Shown: positions 12,997 through 23,509, numbered from the stretch's first letter. The stretch is 64,000 bases of DNA from Sphingomonas sp. (GCF_035490575.1 NZ_DATJLI010000153.1:419-64418), one strand, 5' to 3'. The notes: generated by a model not told the origin, from the sequence alone. Numbers and translations: made by a program.

Positions 12997-13737
12997 TCAG
13001 AGCAGCAGCCAGTCCTTGGCATCGCCGCCCACCGCCCCGCCACCGCGCCGCCGCGCCAGTTCGGTTTCCGCAGTGAAGCGCACATCCTCATCGCGGTCGG
13101 TCAGGAATTTCGCGAGCGATTCATTGTCGATCTCGCGCCATTCCCTGCCCCGGTCGGGACCATAACGGACGCGCGGCAGCAAACCGGGCCGTGAAGACCA
13201 TTCGACCAATTGTTCGACACTGGCCTCGTTCAGCATGTCGCGCAGATGGTGTGCGGTGACATAGGCGTCGGGAAAGGCGCGGTGGATGGGCAGACCGCGT
13301 TCATGCTCCAGCCCATCGGGCTTACGCCAATATCGCAGCACCTGATTGGAGAAGCTGGGTGAATCGGGCCATAGCCGTAGCGCGCATTTCCAGGTGCATA
13401 TCCAGTCGGCGCCGTGGGTCAGCGAAGACGGGCAGAATTGCTGCTCGAAACTTGCCCGGTGCGCCGCCAGCGCGATGCGGCGGGGCCATGGGTCGAGGAT
13501 CGGGCGGGCAATGTCGTGAAACCACGGCGCGTCGGCCACATCTTCTTCCAGGATATGGTGGATGGCCTGGGTTATGGGCGGGATCGGGCGGCCGGGATTG
13601 ACGAAGCGCGCACCGCCTTCGCCGTGCAGTTCCCAGCGGCCATCCTTGCCCTGCGCCACGTCCTGCCACCCGATCTCCAGCACGGCATGTGCCGGCGGCG
13701 CGGCGCCGGTGGTTTCAAGGTCGATGACGCGGATCAT
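12997..13737 (-). CDS. DEDDh 3'-5' exonuclease (ExoX-like)
   Basis: VIDLETTG, AHRASFE, HRAFPDAY. Confidence 0.8.
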   Translation of the reverse strand: MIRVIDLETTGAAPPAHAVLEIGWQDVAQGKDGRWELHGEGGARFVNPGRPIPPITQAIHHILEEDVADAPWFHDIARPILDPWPRRIALAAHRASFEQQFCPSSLTHGADWICTWKCALRLWPDSPSFSNQVLRYWRKPDGLEHERGLPIHRAFPDAYVTAHHLRDMLNEASVEQLVEWSSRPGLLPRVRYGPDRGREWREIDNESLAKFLTDRDEDVRFTAETELARRRGGGAVGGDAKDWLLL

Positions 13738-13810
13738 GTTCGGCTGTTTTGGGGGATACATGCCGCCAATGTGGCGATGTTTCCCCCCGATTGCGAGCCT
13801 TGCCTGACCC

Positions 13811-15193
13811 TCAGTGCCCGGCTTGCGGCCCGCGTTCCAGCCCGCTTGCCGCCAGTTGCGCGTCGATCATTGCCAGCAGCCGATCCAGCCCCGCCTGATC
13901 GCGGGCCTCCGCACGGGCGACCAGCACGTCCTGTGTGTTCGACGCGCGCAGCAACCACCAGCCGTCGGGCGTGTTGACCCGCGCGCCGTCAGTATCATTG
14001 ACCTCTGCCCCTTCGTCGCGCAACCGGGCGAGCACTTCATCGATCACCGCGAACTTGCGCGCTTCATCGACCTGAAAGCGCATTTCGGGGGTGTTGACCA
14101 TTGCCGGCATCTCGCTTCGCAACTGGGTCATCGACCTGCCGGTCAAATGCGCCGAGCTGATGAGGCGCACCGCGGCATACAGCGCATCGTCAAACCCGTA
14201 ATAATCCTGAGCGAAAAAGATATGCCCCGACATCTCGCCCGCCAGCGGCGCGTCGGTTTCCTTCATCTTTGTCTTGATAAGGCTGTGGCCGGTCTTCCAC
14301 ATCAGCGGCTGACCGCCCAGTTCGGCGATCCGGTCATACAGCGCCTGGCTGGCCTTTACGTCGGCGATGATCGTCGCGCCCGGCGACACGCGCAGCACAG
14401 GTTCAACCAAGATGGACAAAAGCTGATCGCCCCAGATGACGCGGCCCTGCCCGTCAATCGCGCCGATCCGGTCGCCATCCCCGTCAAAGGCAAGTCCGAA
14501 ATCGAGCTGCTTGTCCGCGACCAGCGCCTTCAGATCGGCAAGGTTCGCCTCTTCGGTCGGATCGGGATGATGGTTGGGAAAATTGCCGTCCACATCGGTG
14601 TAGAGCGTATGATGCTCACCCGGCAGCAGCTTGACGAGCTTCTCGACCACCGGGCCGGCGGCGCCGTTGCCCGCGTCCCAGCCGATGCGATAGGTGCCGC
14701 CCGCATATCCGGCCAGCAGGCGCCCGACATACAGGTCGGTGATGTCGACATCGCTGACGACGCCCTCCCCTGCGTCCCAATCGCCCGCTTCGGCCAGGAT
14801 GCCGATATCCTGAATGTCGTCGCCGAAAAATGGCTTGTGCTGAAGCACCATCTTGAAGCCATTGTAATCGGCGGGATTATGGCTGCCGGTTATCTGGATG
14901 CCGCCATCAACCTCTAGCGTCGCCTCGGCATAATAGAGCATCGGCGTGGGACCCAGGCCGATGCGAACCACATCGACGCCCGATGCCGTCAGCCCGCGCA
15001 CCAGCGCCGCTTCCATCTCGATCGAGCTGACGCGCCCGTCGCGCCCCACGGCCACGCGGGTGCCGCCCGCGCGGCGCACGCGCGTGGCGAAACCGCGGCC
15101 GATCGCCTCGGCATCGGCGGCGTGCAGCGTTCGCCCGACGATGCCCCGGATGTCATATTCACGAAGCGAGGTCGGGTCGATGCGATGTGTCAT
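13811..15193 (-). CDS. pgmG: Phosphoglucomutase/phosphomannomutase
   Basis: REYDIRG, TGSHNP, FDGDGDR, GEMSGH. Confidence 0.9.
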   Translation of the reverse strand: MTHRIDPTSLREYDIRGIVGRTLHAADAEAIGRGFATRVRRAGGTRVAVGRDGRVSSIEMEAALVRGLTASGVDVVRIGLGPTPMLYYAEATLEVDGGIQITGSHNPADYNGFKMVLQHKPFFGDDIQDIGILAEAGDWDAGEGVVSDVDITDLYVGRLLAGYAGGTYRIGWDAGNGAAGPVVEKLVKLLPGEHHTLYTDVDGNFPNHHPDPTEEANLADLKALVADKQLDFGLAFDGDGDRIGAIDGQGRVIWGDQLLSILVEPVLRVSPGATIIADVKASQALYDRIAELGGQPLMWKTGHSLIKTKMKETDAPLAGEMSGHIFFAQDYYGFDDALYAAVRLISSAHLTGRSMTQLRSEMPAMVNTPEMRFQVDEARKFAVIDEVLARLRDEGAEVNDTDGARVNTPDGWWLLRASNTQDVLVARAEARDQAGLDRLLAMIDAQLAASGLERGPQAGH

Positions 15194-15262
15194 GATTGCC
15201 CCTGTGCAATGCGGTCGGATCGTATCAATCCGCCGGTGCGGGGAAGGTTGCAGCCCGCCCGA

Positions 15263-15523
15263 TCAGCGTATCCGTCGCAACAGCACGTCGCGCGCGGCGT
15301 TGATGCGCCGCGTCAGGTCGGCGGAACCGCCCCTGTCGGGGTGCACCGCGCTGACCAGCCGCCGGTGCGCGGCGCGGATGGCATCGGCATCCGCCCCCGC
15401 CGCGACGCCCAGCACGTCGCGCGCCTCCGCCTCCGACAGGGCGATGCGCGGGCGGCGGGCGCTTTTCAGGAACCACCAGACGGCCGCCATCAGCGCGACG
15501 GCGAAGAGCAATTTGGCGATCAT
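15263..15523 (-). CDS. Small membrane-anchored J-domain protein
   Basis: N-terminal hydrophobic helix, EARDVLGV, HPDRGGS; 4-nt overlap with mipZ. Confidence 0.85.
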   Translation of the reverse strand: MIAKLLFAVALMAAVWWFLKSARRPRIALSEAEARDVLGVAAGADADAIRAAHRRLVSAVHPDRGGSADLTRRINAARDVLLRRIR

Positions 15524-16320
15524 GCGACCAACGGCGCCTGCGCCGACAATTCCGGCAGCGCCAGCCCGGTCATCATCTCACGCAACTCCTGGCGCGCGGC
15601 GACGTGGCTCAGGCCCATCTCCCCGAATTCGCGCGCATCGAGCATCGTCAGCCCCTGCGGGAACAATTCGCGATAGATGACGCGTTCGGACAGGCCCGAG
15701 ATCACGCGAAAGCCGACGCGGCGCGACAATTGCTGGATCGCTTCCGACACGCGGCGCATGTTGCGCGCCTCGATATGCTGGAGCCGGTTGCGAAGCACCA
15801 CCCAGTCGATGGTCGAGCCGTCGACCCGCGCGCGTTTCTTGCGCGACTCCCAGATCAGCTCCGAATAAAAACTGGGCCGCGTCACCTTGTAATCATCGGG
15901 ATCGACCTGACCGATCAGGTCGAAATCGACAAAACTGTCGTTCATCGGCGTGACCAACGTGTCGGCATTGGTCACGGCCAGCCGGGCAAAGGGATCGTCG
16001 CGCCCCGGCGTGTCGATGACCAGGAAATCGCTCTGAAAGCTCAACTCGCCCAGCAACTCGGCGAAACGGTCATGACTTTCACCGTCATGCGTGGCGTGGC
16101 GCGGCATCGGCAGCGGCTTGCCGATCCGCAGCATCGTCGCGGCGCGATTGTCGAGATAGCGGCCCAGCGTGCGCTGGCGGTGGTCGAGGTCGAGCGCGGC
16201 GACCCGCGCGCCCTTGGCGGCCAACGCGATCGCGACATGGACAGCGGTGGTGGACTTGCCCGTGCCCCCCTTTTCATTGGCAAAGACGATGACGTGCAGG
16301 CCGTCGGCGTGGCTGGCCAA
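15520..16320 (-). CDS. mipZ: Division-plane positioning ATPase MipZ
   Basis: NEKGGTGKST, DLDHRQRTL, IDTPG, MNDSFVDFD; TTG start after GGGAAG; divergent from panC. Confidence 0.9.
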   Translation of the reverse strand: MASHADGLHVIVFANEKGGTGKSTTAVHVAIALAAKGARVAALDLDHRQRTLGRYLDNRAATMLRIGKPLPMPRHATHDGESHDRFAELLGELSFQSDFLVIDTPGRDDPFARLAVTNADTLVTPMNDSFVDFDLIGQVDPDDYKVTRPSFYSELIWESRKKRARVDGSTIDWVVLRNRLQHIEARNMRRVSEAIQQLSRRVGFRVISGLSERVIYRELFPQGLTMLDAREFGEMGLSHVAARQELREMMTGLALPELSAQAPLVA

Positions 16321-16402
16321 GATGCGAACTTCCCTTGTTGATCGGCCGCCCGCTCCCCCATAGAACGCGCCGCCCAAGGGTCATTATCGCAAGGGGCGAG
16401 CC

Positions 16403-17251
16403 GTGCAAACCATCCGTGACAAGGCAAGCCTCGGAACCACCATCGACTCGTGGAAAGTCGCGGGTGATCGCGTGGCGCTGGTGCCGACGATGGGCGCGCT
16501 GCACGCCGGGCACATGGCGCTGGTCGCCGAAGCGCGCCGCCACGCCCCGCGAGTCGCGGTGTCGATCTTCGTCAATCCGATGCAGTTCGGCGCGGGCGAG
16601 GATCTCGATCGCTATCCCCGCCGTGAACAGGCCGATGCGCGGTTGCTGGCCGATGCGGGCGTCGACCTGCTGTGGTTGCCCCCGGTCGAGGCGATGTATC
16701 CGGCCGGGTTCGCCAGCAAGGTGTCGGTTTCCGGCGTCAGCGACGGGCTGGACGGCGCGGCACGACCGGGCCATTTCGACGGCGTCGCCACGATCGTCAC
16801 AAAGCTGTTCAATCAGGTCCGCGCCGATGTTGCGCTATTCGGGGAAAAGGATTTCCAGCAGCTCGCCGTCATCCGCCGCATGGTCGCCGATCTCGACATC
16901 GGGGTCGAGGTGATCGGCGTGCCGACCCAGCGCGACGATGACGGTTTGGCGCTGTCGTCACGCAACCTCTATCTCGCGCCTGACGAACGCGCCGCCGCCG
17001 TCGCGCTGCCGCGCGCGCTGGGCGTGGCGGCACGCGCAATCGAACGCGGTGATGATGCGGCACAGGCTGTGGCCCAGGCGCGCGAGGCGCTGAGCGCGGC
17101 GGGCTTCGCGGTGGATTACGTCGCGCTGGTCGATGCCGAAACGCTGGCCGAAGCGCCGGGCGCCGACCGCCCCCGCCGCCTGCTGGCAGCCGCGCGGATC
17201 GGCGCGACGCGGCTGATCGACAATATCGGCATTCCGGCCAAACACGGTTAA
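16403..17251 (+). CDS. panC: Pantoate-beta-alanine ligase
   Basis: VPTMGALHAGH, SIFVNPMQF, RPGHFDGV, FGEKDFQQ, RLIDN. Confidence 0.97.
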   Translation: MQTIRDKASLGTTIDSWKVAGDRVALVPTMGALHAGHMALVAEARRHAPRVAVSIFVNPMQFGAGEDLDRYPRREQADARLLADAGVDLLWLPPVEAMYPAGFASKVSVSGVSDGLDGAARPGHFDGVATIVTKLFNQVRADVALFGEKDFQQLAVIRRMVADLDIGVEVIGVPTQRDDDGLALSSRNLYLAPDERAAAVALPRALGVAARAIERGDDAAQAVAQAREALSAAGFAVDYVALVDAETLAEAPGADRPRRLLAAARIGATRLIDNIGIPAKHG

Positions 17252-17271
17252 CCGCGTTAACCATTTATTGA
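17246..17271 (+). promoter_or_regulatory. CtrA-like binding motifs upstream of the Sel1 gene
   Basis: GGTTAACC, then TTAACCAT half-site, and TTAA-N7-TTGA (17257-17271); AT-rich island in GC-rich DNA. Confidence 0.55.
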
Positions 17272-17327
17272 GTGCTGCCCGTCATCCTGAAGTCACCCGA
17301 AATGGGGGGCGAAGGGGTGACAGCGAC

Positions 17328-17624
17328 ATGGGCAACAGTCTCAAGAGCGCACAGTTTCTGATCGAAAGCCGTCTGCGCGATGCCGCGCACGGCGATACCG
17401 ACGCGCTTTACGATCTGGGCATGGTCTATGCCAGCGGTGCACAAGGCGCGGCGATCGACCTGATCGAAGCGCACAAATGGTTCAACCTGGCCGCCCAGTC
17501 CGGCAGCACCGCGGCGCAAGCCTGTCGCGCCGAGATCGCCAGCGACATGAGCGCACGCGAAATCGCCGCGGCCCAGCGCGCCGCACGCGCGTGGATGCAG
17601 TCGAGCCAAGCGCGCGCGCACTGA
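17328..17624 (+). CDS. Small Sel1-repeat protein
   Basis: ALYDLGMVYASG..AHKWFNLAAQSG. Confidence 0.8.
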   Translation: MGNSLKSAQFLIESRLRDAAHGDTDALYDLGMVYASGAQGAAIDLIEAHKWFNLAAQSGSTAAQACRAEIASDMSAREIAAAQRAARAWMQSSQARAH

Positions 17625-17685
17625 CGGGCCGCAGCCAGCAGCGGGGCTTGCCGGTCTCGGATAATCCGGCCCTGCCACTGCCGCT

Positions 17686-19476
17686 TCACGCCGCCAGCAC
17701 CAGCCGATCGCGCCCCGCGCGCTTGGCGGCGTAAAGCGCGGCGTCTGCTTCGCGCATTGCTTCGCCGCGGTCGCTGCCCGGCGCGATCACCGCCACGCCG
17801 GCACTCACCGTTGTCCAGATCGCACGCCCGTCGTCCAGCATGGTCGGCACACCGGCGAAATCGCGTCGCAGCCGTTCGCACACGACGCGCGCCTCATGCG
17901 GATCGCTGCCGGGCAGGACCAGCCCGAACTCCTCCCCGCCCAGCCGCGCGACCAGATCGTTGGCGCGCGTGTGCCGCGCCGCGACCCCGGCAAAGCGTTC
18001 GAGCACACGGTCGCCCGCGTCATGGCCGAACTCGTCATTGACGCGCTTGAAATGATCGATGTCGAAAATGGCGATACAGGCGCGGGCAGCGCCGCCGCGC
18101 GATAGCCGTTCGAACACCAGGTCGATCGCCTCGCTGAAGACGCGCCGATTGGCCAGGCCGGTCAGCGGGTCGGTGCGCGCCGCGCGCACCAGTTCGGCCT
18201 CCACCGCCTTGCGTTTGGTGATGTCGCGGATTGCGCAGATCATCTCGACCGCGCCGCCCGCATCCGGTTCGATCGCGCGCACGCGCATCTCGATCCAGCG
18301 TGTCGCGGTCGCGCGTTCGGGATCGGTCCGCACCTCGACAATCTGCGTCTGTCCGGGCGCGCGCAGCGCCTCCAGATGCGCGCGCATTGCGATTGGCCGG
18401 TGTTCCCCGGCCACCAGCGCGCTGGCGGGCGTGCCGATCAGCGCCGCGACGCGATAGTCGCCCATCCCCTCGATCGACGGCGAAACGAAACGGATCGCCC
18501 CGTTCGCATCGAGCGTCAGGATGATGTCGGAGGCATTTTCCGTCACCAGCCGGTAACGCGCCTCGCTGGCGGCCAGACGCACCACCACGTCCTTGCGGCG
18601 GCGCAGATCGGCGGCGGCGGGCAACACGGTCAGCGCGATTGTCGCGAGATAGAATTGCACCATGTGGATGCGCGCCGCCGGGTCGGGCGGCATCAGCGCG
18701 ACCGGTCCCATGCCATGCATCGAAAAACTGATGGCGATCGTGGCCAGGATGAGCATCGCCACCGCCGCGCCCACGCGCCCCATGCGGAACGTCGCCAGCG
18801 TGACGGGCAGGATCGGCAGGAACGATGCTGGCATGATCGCCTGGGAAAAGGTGGCGAGCGCGACCCCCGTGACCAGTGCCGCATGACAGCCGCCCTCGAC
18901 CCGCTCGCCATGCGACGCGTCGCGCCACCATTGGTTCAGGTCGCCGCTGACCAGCATCACCGCGATCGGCGTCACCGCGATCGCGCCCAGCGAATGGCCG
19001 TTGATCCAGTTGAGCCAGTTGGTCGCGAACTGGGTCGACGACACCGCCGATGCGACCCATGCCGATGGCGCACCCGACACGACCGCCGCGACGACGCCGC
19101 CGCCGATCAGCGCCACCACCTGGGAAATGCTGCGAAGCGCCCCGTCATCCAGTGGCGCCCAACGCCGCAGCGCCAGCGCCAGGATGGCCGCTTCGCCGAA
19201 ATTGAGGACCGCCAGCGGCCCGGCGGCCACCGGTCCCAGCCCCGCGACGCTCGTCAGCAACGCGCTGATCGGCATCGCCACCAGCGCGATCGACAGCCAG
19301 GCACGAACCGCTTGCTTGGCGAGCACCGCCGCCAGCACGCCGTTCGCCAGCCACATGTAAGCCAGTCCCCCGTCGAAACGGGTCGTCAACGATACCAGGA
19401 TGGCGGCGGCATAAGCCAATCCGATCATCGCCAGCGTCGTGGGCGATAGGGGCAGTCGGACGAAACGGCTCGGCAT
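17686..19476 (-). CDS. MASE1-PAS-GGDEF diguanylate cyclase
   Basis: Multi-TM N-terminus (WLANG), PAS (SEARYRLVTENASDII), GGEEF active site preceded by RxxD (RAND) I-site. Confidence 0.9.
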   Translation of the reverse strand: MPSRFVRLPLSPTTLAMIGLAYAAAILVSLTTRFDGGLAYMWLANGVLAAVLAKQAVRAWLSIALVAMPISALLTSVAGLGPVAAGPLAVLNFGEAAILALALRRWAPLDDGALRSISQVVALIGGGVVAAVVSGAPSAWVASAVSSTQFATNWLNWINGHSLGAIAVTPIAVMLVSGDLNQWWRDASHGERVEGGCHAALVTGVALATFSQAIMPASFLPILPVTLATFRMGRVGAAVAMLILATIAISFSMHGMGPVALMPPDPAARIHMVQFYLATIALTVLPAAADLRRRKDVVVRLAASEARYRLVTENASDIILTLDANGAIRFVSPSIEGMGDYRVAALIGTPASALVAGEHRPIAMRAHLEALRAPGQTQIVEVRTDPERATATRWIEMRVRAIEPDAGGAVEMICAIRDITKRKAVEAELVRAARTDPLTGLANRRVFSEAIDLVFERLSRGGAARACIAIFDIDHFKRVNDEFGHDAGDRVLERFAGVAARHTRANDLVARLGGEEFGLVLPGSDPHEARVVCERLRRDFAGVPTMLDDGRAIWTTVSAGVAVIAPGSDRGEAMREADAALYAAKRAGRDRLVLAA

Positions 19477-19517
19477 GTCTCACGCTTTAGCGCGCGGAGG
19501 TTAACGGACCTTTCCGG

Positions 19518-20459
19518 TCAACCGCGCGCGGCGTCCAGCACCCCCTGCCACGCGGTGCGTTCGGCCGGATAATCGGCCAGTCGCTCGACCGCGCCAAGGC
19601 CCTCGTCGGGATCGAACGTGACGGCCGCACGATATTCGAACGTCGCATTGCCCGCGATCTCGACGCCGGGGCGGCGATCGGTGCGCCCGCGGACCAGACC
19701 GCCGCGATTGCGGACCACGATATCGCTGTCCCACGCGATGCGCCCGGTCAGCGCCGCAGCATGGATCGACGCCGCCATCGCGCTGCCGCAACTGTCGGTC
19801 AGCCCGACGCCGCGCTCATAGGTCCGCACGAACAGCGCACCGTCGCCACCGGGCGCGACGAAGCTGATATTGGCGCGGCCGGGAATCAGCGGCGGTGCGG
19901 CCTCGCACCAGTCGCCCAGTGCGACCAGTTCCCCCTCGTCCACATCATCGACGAACGCGATCAGATGCGGGTTGGGCATCGCCAGTGCGGTAAAGCGGCG
20001 CTCGCTGGGCAGGCCCGGCACCGCCGCGTCGACAAAGCGCCCACCGGCGATCAGGCCGACATCGCGCGCATCGGTAGAGACCGAGGTGACGCGCGTCGCG
20101 ATCGTCACCACACCGGGCGCCAGATCGGGCACGCGCGCGGCCCAGGCATCGCTTCTGGGCAGACCGACCAGCGCCTCGTCCAGCCCCGTCGCCTCGAAGC
20201 CCGCACGCGCGACGCAGCGCAGGCCGTTCAGGCATGTCTCCGCCTCGCTGCCGTCGGGATTGAACATGCGCTGCCCAAAGGCCGTCTTCCCGCGCGCTTC
20301 GACCAGCAGCAACAGGCCGTCGCCCCCGACTGGCCCGTCGCGATCGGCCAGCGCACGCGCGACCGCCGCCCAACCGGAATCGTCCAGCGACACGCCACGC
20401 GCATCGATCAGCGGGAAGTCGTTGCCCGAGCCATGGCATTTGATGAATTCGAAACGCAT
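19518..20459 (-). CDS. dapF: Diaminopimelate epimerase-like protein
   Basis: FIKCHGSGNDF, GGDG, CLNG, PNPH, ERGVGLTDSCGS. Confidence 0.8.
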   Translation of the reverse strand: MRFEFIKCHGSGNDFPLIDARGVSLDDSGWAAVARALADRDGPVGGDGLLLLVEARGKTAFGQRMFNPDGSEAETCLNGLRCVARAGFEATGLDEALVGLPRSDAWAARVPDLAPGVVTIATRVTSVSTDARDVGLIAGGRFVDAAVPGLPSERRFTALAMPNPHLIAFVDDVDEGELVALGDWCEAAPPLIPGRANISFVAPGGDGALFVRTYERGVGLTDSCGSAMAASIHAAALTGRIAWDSDIVVRNRGGLVRGRTDRRPGVEIAGNATFEYRAAVTFDPDEGLGAVERLADYPAERTAWQGVLDAARG

Positions 20460-20559
20460 GGCCGCGACTTAAGACCACCCGGACGGCGACGCCAGCCCGC
20501 GATTTGCACGCATGGCGATAGCGGCGCTATGGCCGAGCGGCGTGACAGGGAGTTGAGCG

Positions 20560-22956
20560 TTGACCGGATTGCTGCTCATCCTCGTCGTCGCGGTTGTGGT
20601 CGCACTGGTCGATACGCGGCGGCGCCTTGGCCGGATCGAGCGACGCGTGGCCGCGCTGGGCACCGCAGATGCGGCCCCGATTCCCGCTGCCGAGGCGACA
20701 ACGCCGATCGTGCATCGCCGCCCGCCCATGCTCAAGCCGCGTATAGCCCGTTCGCGCGTCGATCTCGAAAGCCTTATCGGCGGGCGATTGCCGATCTGGA
20801 TCGGCGGCATCGCGCTGGTGCTGGCGGGCTTTTTCCTGGTGCGCGCGGTGATCGACAGCGGCTGGTTCGGGCCGGGCGTGCGCGTCGCGCTGGCGGCGTT
20901 GCTGGCGATGGTGCTGGCCGCCGGCAGCGAGGTCGCCCGCCGCCTGCCCGCGACGCGCGACGATGCGCGCATCGGGCAGGTGCTGGCCGGGGCCGGCATC
21001 GCCAGCGCCTATGGCACGCTGTATCTCGCCGCCGCGCTGTATCACCTGATCGCGCCGCTGGGCGCATTCGTCCTGCTGCTTCTGATTACCGCGATCGGCC
21101 TTGCGCTGGCGATGCGGCACGGGCCGCCGACCGCGATCATGGCGCTGGCGGGCGGGTTTCTGGCGCCGCTGGTGGCGGGCTATGACGCCGCCGGAGTCGC
21201 GCCGCTGGTCATCTATCTGGCGCTTTTGCTGGGTGCGCTGTTCGCGCTGTCGGTGCGGCGGGGCTGGAGCTGGCTGGCGGCGGCGAGCGCGGCGGCGGGC
21301 TTTGGCTGGACGGGGTTCCTGACGCTCGCGCTCGACGGTGGGGACCGACCGATCGTCGGCGGCTTTGTCGTCGCGCTGGCCCTTGCCGCGACCATCGCCT
21401 TGCCCGCCAGTGGCACACGGTCGCTGCCGCTTCGCATCGCGCCCATGGCGCTGGGGCTGGCGCAGTTGTTTGCGCTGGCGCCGATCCTCGATTTCTCAAC
21501 GCTCGCATGGGGCTTCTATCTCGTGCTGGCGGGCGCATCGGTTGCACTGGCATGGCGCGACGCGCGGTTGATCCTCGCCACGCTGATCGCGGCGCTGCTG
21601 ATCCTGGTGCTGCTGATGCTTGCCCCGGCCAACAGTGCGACGGGACTGGCGGGCGTGCTGGCGACCGCGCTGTTCGGCGGCGCCGGGCTGGCGCGGTCGC
21701 GCACCGGGCGCGGATGGGCAGTGCTGGCCGCAACCGGACTGGCGGGGCCGCTGATCGTCCTGCAACTGGGCACGCCGCAATTGTTGCCGCGCCCGCTCTG
21801 GGCCGTGGCGGCGCTGTTGGTGGCGGGCGCGGGTCTGTGGCAGGCGTGGCGACACCGCACACCGGATGAGGGACGCGATGCGGGGCTGGTCGGCGGGGCA
21901 TTGGCGACGGCGGCAGCCGGGGTGCTGGCGGTCATCGCCATTGCCGGGGACGGCGCCGTCGGCGTCGCGCTGGCGGTCGCGATCCTCGCCATCGCCGAAG
22001 CCGCACGGCGCAGCGGTAGCGCACCCCTCGCCACCGCCGCCGCCCTGCCGCTGGCGGTGGGCTTGCTGGCGGCGCACGCGCCACTGGGCGATCTGTTAGC
22101 GACGCTGGCGATTTCGCTGCCGGGCGAGGAGCTGACCTATCGCCAACTGCCCCCGCTTGCCGATCTGTTGCGGCTTGTCGTGCCGCTCGCGCTGGCGGGA
22201 CTATGGCCGCTGCGGTTCGCCGACGGCTATGGCCGCGTGCGCCGCATCGCCGGAATCGCCGCAGGGCTGCTTGCGGTCGCCAGCGCCTATGCCCTGCTCA
22301 AGCAACCGCTGGCGATCACCGACGCGGCGCGTTTTGCGGCATGGGGCTTTATCGAACGCGCAGTCATCACGCTGGCGGCGCTGATCGCTGCGTCGGCGCT
22401 GGTGAGGCGCGCCCCGCGGGCCGCAACCGCGTTGGCGATTGCGGCGCTGGCGCGCATCGCATGGTTCGACCTGTTCCTGCTGTCCCCCGTCTTTGCACCG
22501 CAAGCCGTGGGATCGATTCCCGTGCTGAACGCCGCCGTCGCCCTGCCCGCGATCGCTGCCGCGCTGGCATGGCGCTGGCCGGGCGGGCGGTTCCGGCCGG
22601 CGGCACTGGCGCTGATGCTGGTCGCGGCGCTGGCATTGGTGCGACAGGCGGCGCACGGCACGATCCTGACCGGCCCGGTCGGCACGGGGGAGAATTGGGG
22701 CTATTCGGCGGTGATGCTGCTGCTGGCGCTCGGCTGGCTGTGGCGCGGGCTGGCGGGCGGCGCGCGCGACCTGCGTTTCGCGGGGCTGGGGCTGGCGATG
22801 CTGGTCGCGCTCAAGGTGTTCACGATCGACGTGGCGCTGGAGGGATTGCTGCGCGTCGTCTCGCTCCTGGGCATCGGCGTCACGCTGATCGCGATCAGCT
22901 GGGCCTATACCCGCTTCCTCAAGCGCGATCCGGCGGGGGATCACGGCAGCCCGTAA
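20560..22956 (+). CDS. DUF2339-like multi-pass membrane protein
   Basis: LESLIGGRLPIWIGGIAL near N-terminus, many TM segments, C-terminal LKVFTIDV..RVVSLLGIG. Confidence 0.75.
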   Translation: MTGLLLILVVAVVVALVDTRRRLGRIERRVAALGTADAAPIPAAEATTPIVHRRPPMLKPRIARSRVDLESLIGGRLPIWIGGIALVLAGFFLVRAVIDSGWFGPGVRVALAALLAMVLAAGSEVARRLPATRDDARIGQVLAGAGIASAYGTLYLAAALYHLIAPLGAFVLLLLITAIGLALAMRHGPPTAIMALAGGFLAPLVAGYDAAGVAPLVIYLALLLGALFALSVRRGWSWLAAASAAAGFGWTGFLTLALDGGDRPIVGGFVVALALAATIALPASGTRSLPLRIAPMALGLAQLFALAPILDFSTLAWGFYLVLAGASVALAWRDARLILATLIAALLILVLLMLAPANSATGLAGVLATALFGGAGLARSRTGRGWAVLAATGLAGPLIVLQLGTPQLLPRPLWAVAALLVAGAGLWQAWRHRTPDEGRDAGLVGGALATAAAGVLAVIAIAGDGAVGVALAVAILAIAEAARRSGSAPLATAAALPLAVGLLAAHAPLGDLLATLAISLPGEELTYRQLPPLADLLRLVVPLALAGLWPLRFADGYGRVRRIAGIAAGLLAVASAYALLKQPLAITDAARFAAWGFIERAVITLAALIAASALVRRAPRAATALAIAALARIAWFDLFLLSPVFAPQAVGSIPVLNAAVALPAIAAALAWRWPGGRFRPAALALMLVAALALVRQAAHGTILTGPVGTGENWGYSAVMLLLALGWLWRGLAGGARDLRFAGLGLAMLVALKVFTIDVALEGLLRVVSLLGIGVTLIAISWAYTRFLKRDPAGDHGSP

Positions 22957-23411
22957 TGCGCCGCCAACCGGTCGAGCGCGAGGCCCAGCACCAGCCGCCC
23001 CGCCCGCGCGGGCCAGCCAAGTGCGCGTTCGGCCACCGGCACCCCCTCGCACGCGCACACCACGCGCCAAAGAATGTCGGACAGGCCCGGCCCGACCGCC
23101 GCGATCGCCGCGTCGAAGCGGCGCTTGGCGGCCAGCTGCGCCGTGGTCGGGTCCAGCGCCTCGGCACGCGCATGGCGCGCATGGGGGGCCGCGTCCCACC
23201 GCATCGTCACCGACGGGGCCAGTTGCGCGTGTTCGTAATCGGCGCGCAGCCGCTCGCCCGCCTCTACCTGTCGCGCGCTCACCAAACCGCGCGCAGCCAG
23301 CCAGCCGAGCGGCGATTCAGCGCGGTTCACGCTCACCGCCCGCCGCCCCCGGCGCGGCGGATCGCCGGTCACTCGCCCATCTTCCAACCCGCGCTCGACC
23401 AGATCGCGCAT
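22941..23411 (-). CDS. DUF6456-like protein (sigma region-4-like)
   Basis: SPLGWLAARGL, AGERLRADY, ILWRVVC..ERALGWPARAGRLVLGLALDRLA; start at internal Met MRDLVER. Confidence 0.75.
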   Translation of the reverse strand: MRDLVERGLEDGRVTGDPPRRGRRAVSVNRAESPLGWLAARGLVSARQVEAGERLRADYEHAQLAPSVTMRWDAAPHARHARAEALDPTTAQLAAKRRFDAAIAAVGPGLSDILWRVVCACEGVPVAERALGWPARAGRLVLGLALDRLAAHYGLP

Positions 23412-23474
23412 GTCATTCTCCCATCGGTGATTCGCGTCATGCTTGCCATGAAGGCGCGTTTGTAGGACAGGGGC

Positions 23475-23507
23475 GAACCGCAATGGTTCTGTTAGTTGAG
23501 GAACAGA
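23475..23507. promoter_or_regulatory. Two overlapping inverted repeats in the divergent intergenic region (candidate operators)
   Basis: GAACC-N5-GGTTC (23475-23489) and TCTGTT-N8-AACAGA (23488-23507). Confidence 0.4.
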
Positions 23508-23509
23508 CA

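Noticed and set aside
23475-23489. Possible SOS box (GAAC-N7-GTTC)
   Set aside because: Alphaproteobacterial LexA sites are direct repeats (GTTC-N7-GTTC); this is inverted, so it is kept only as a generic operator candidate.
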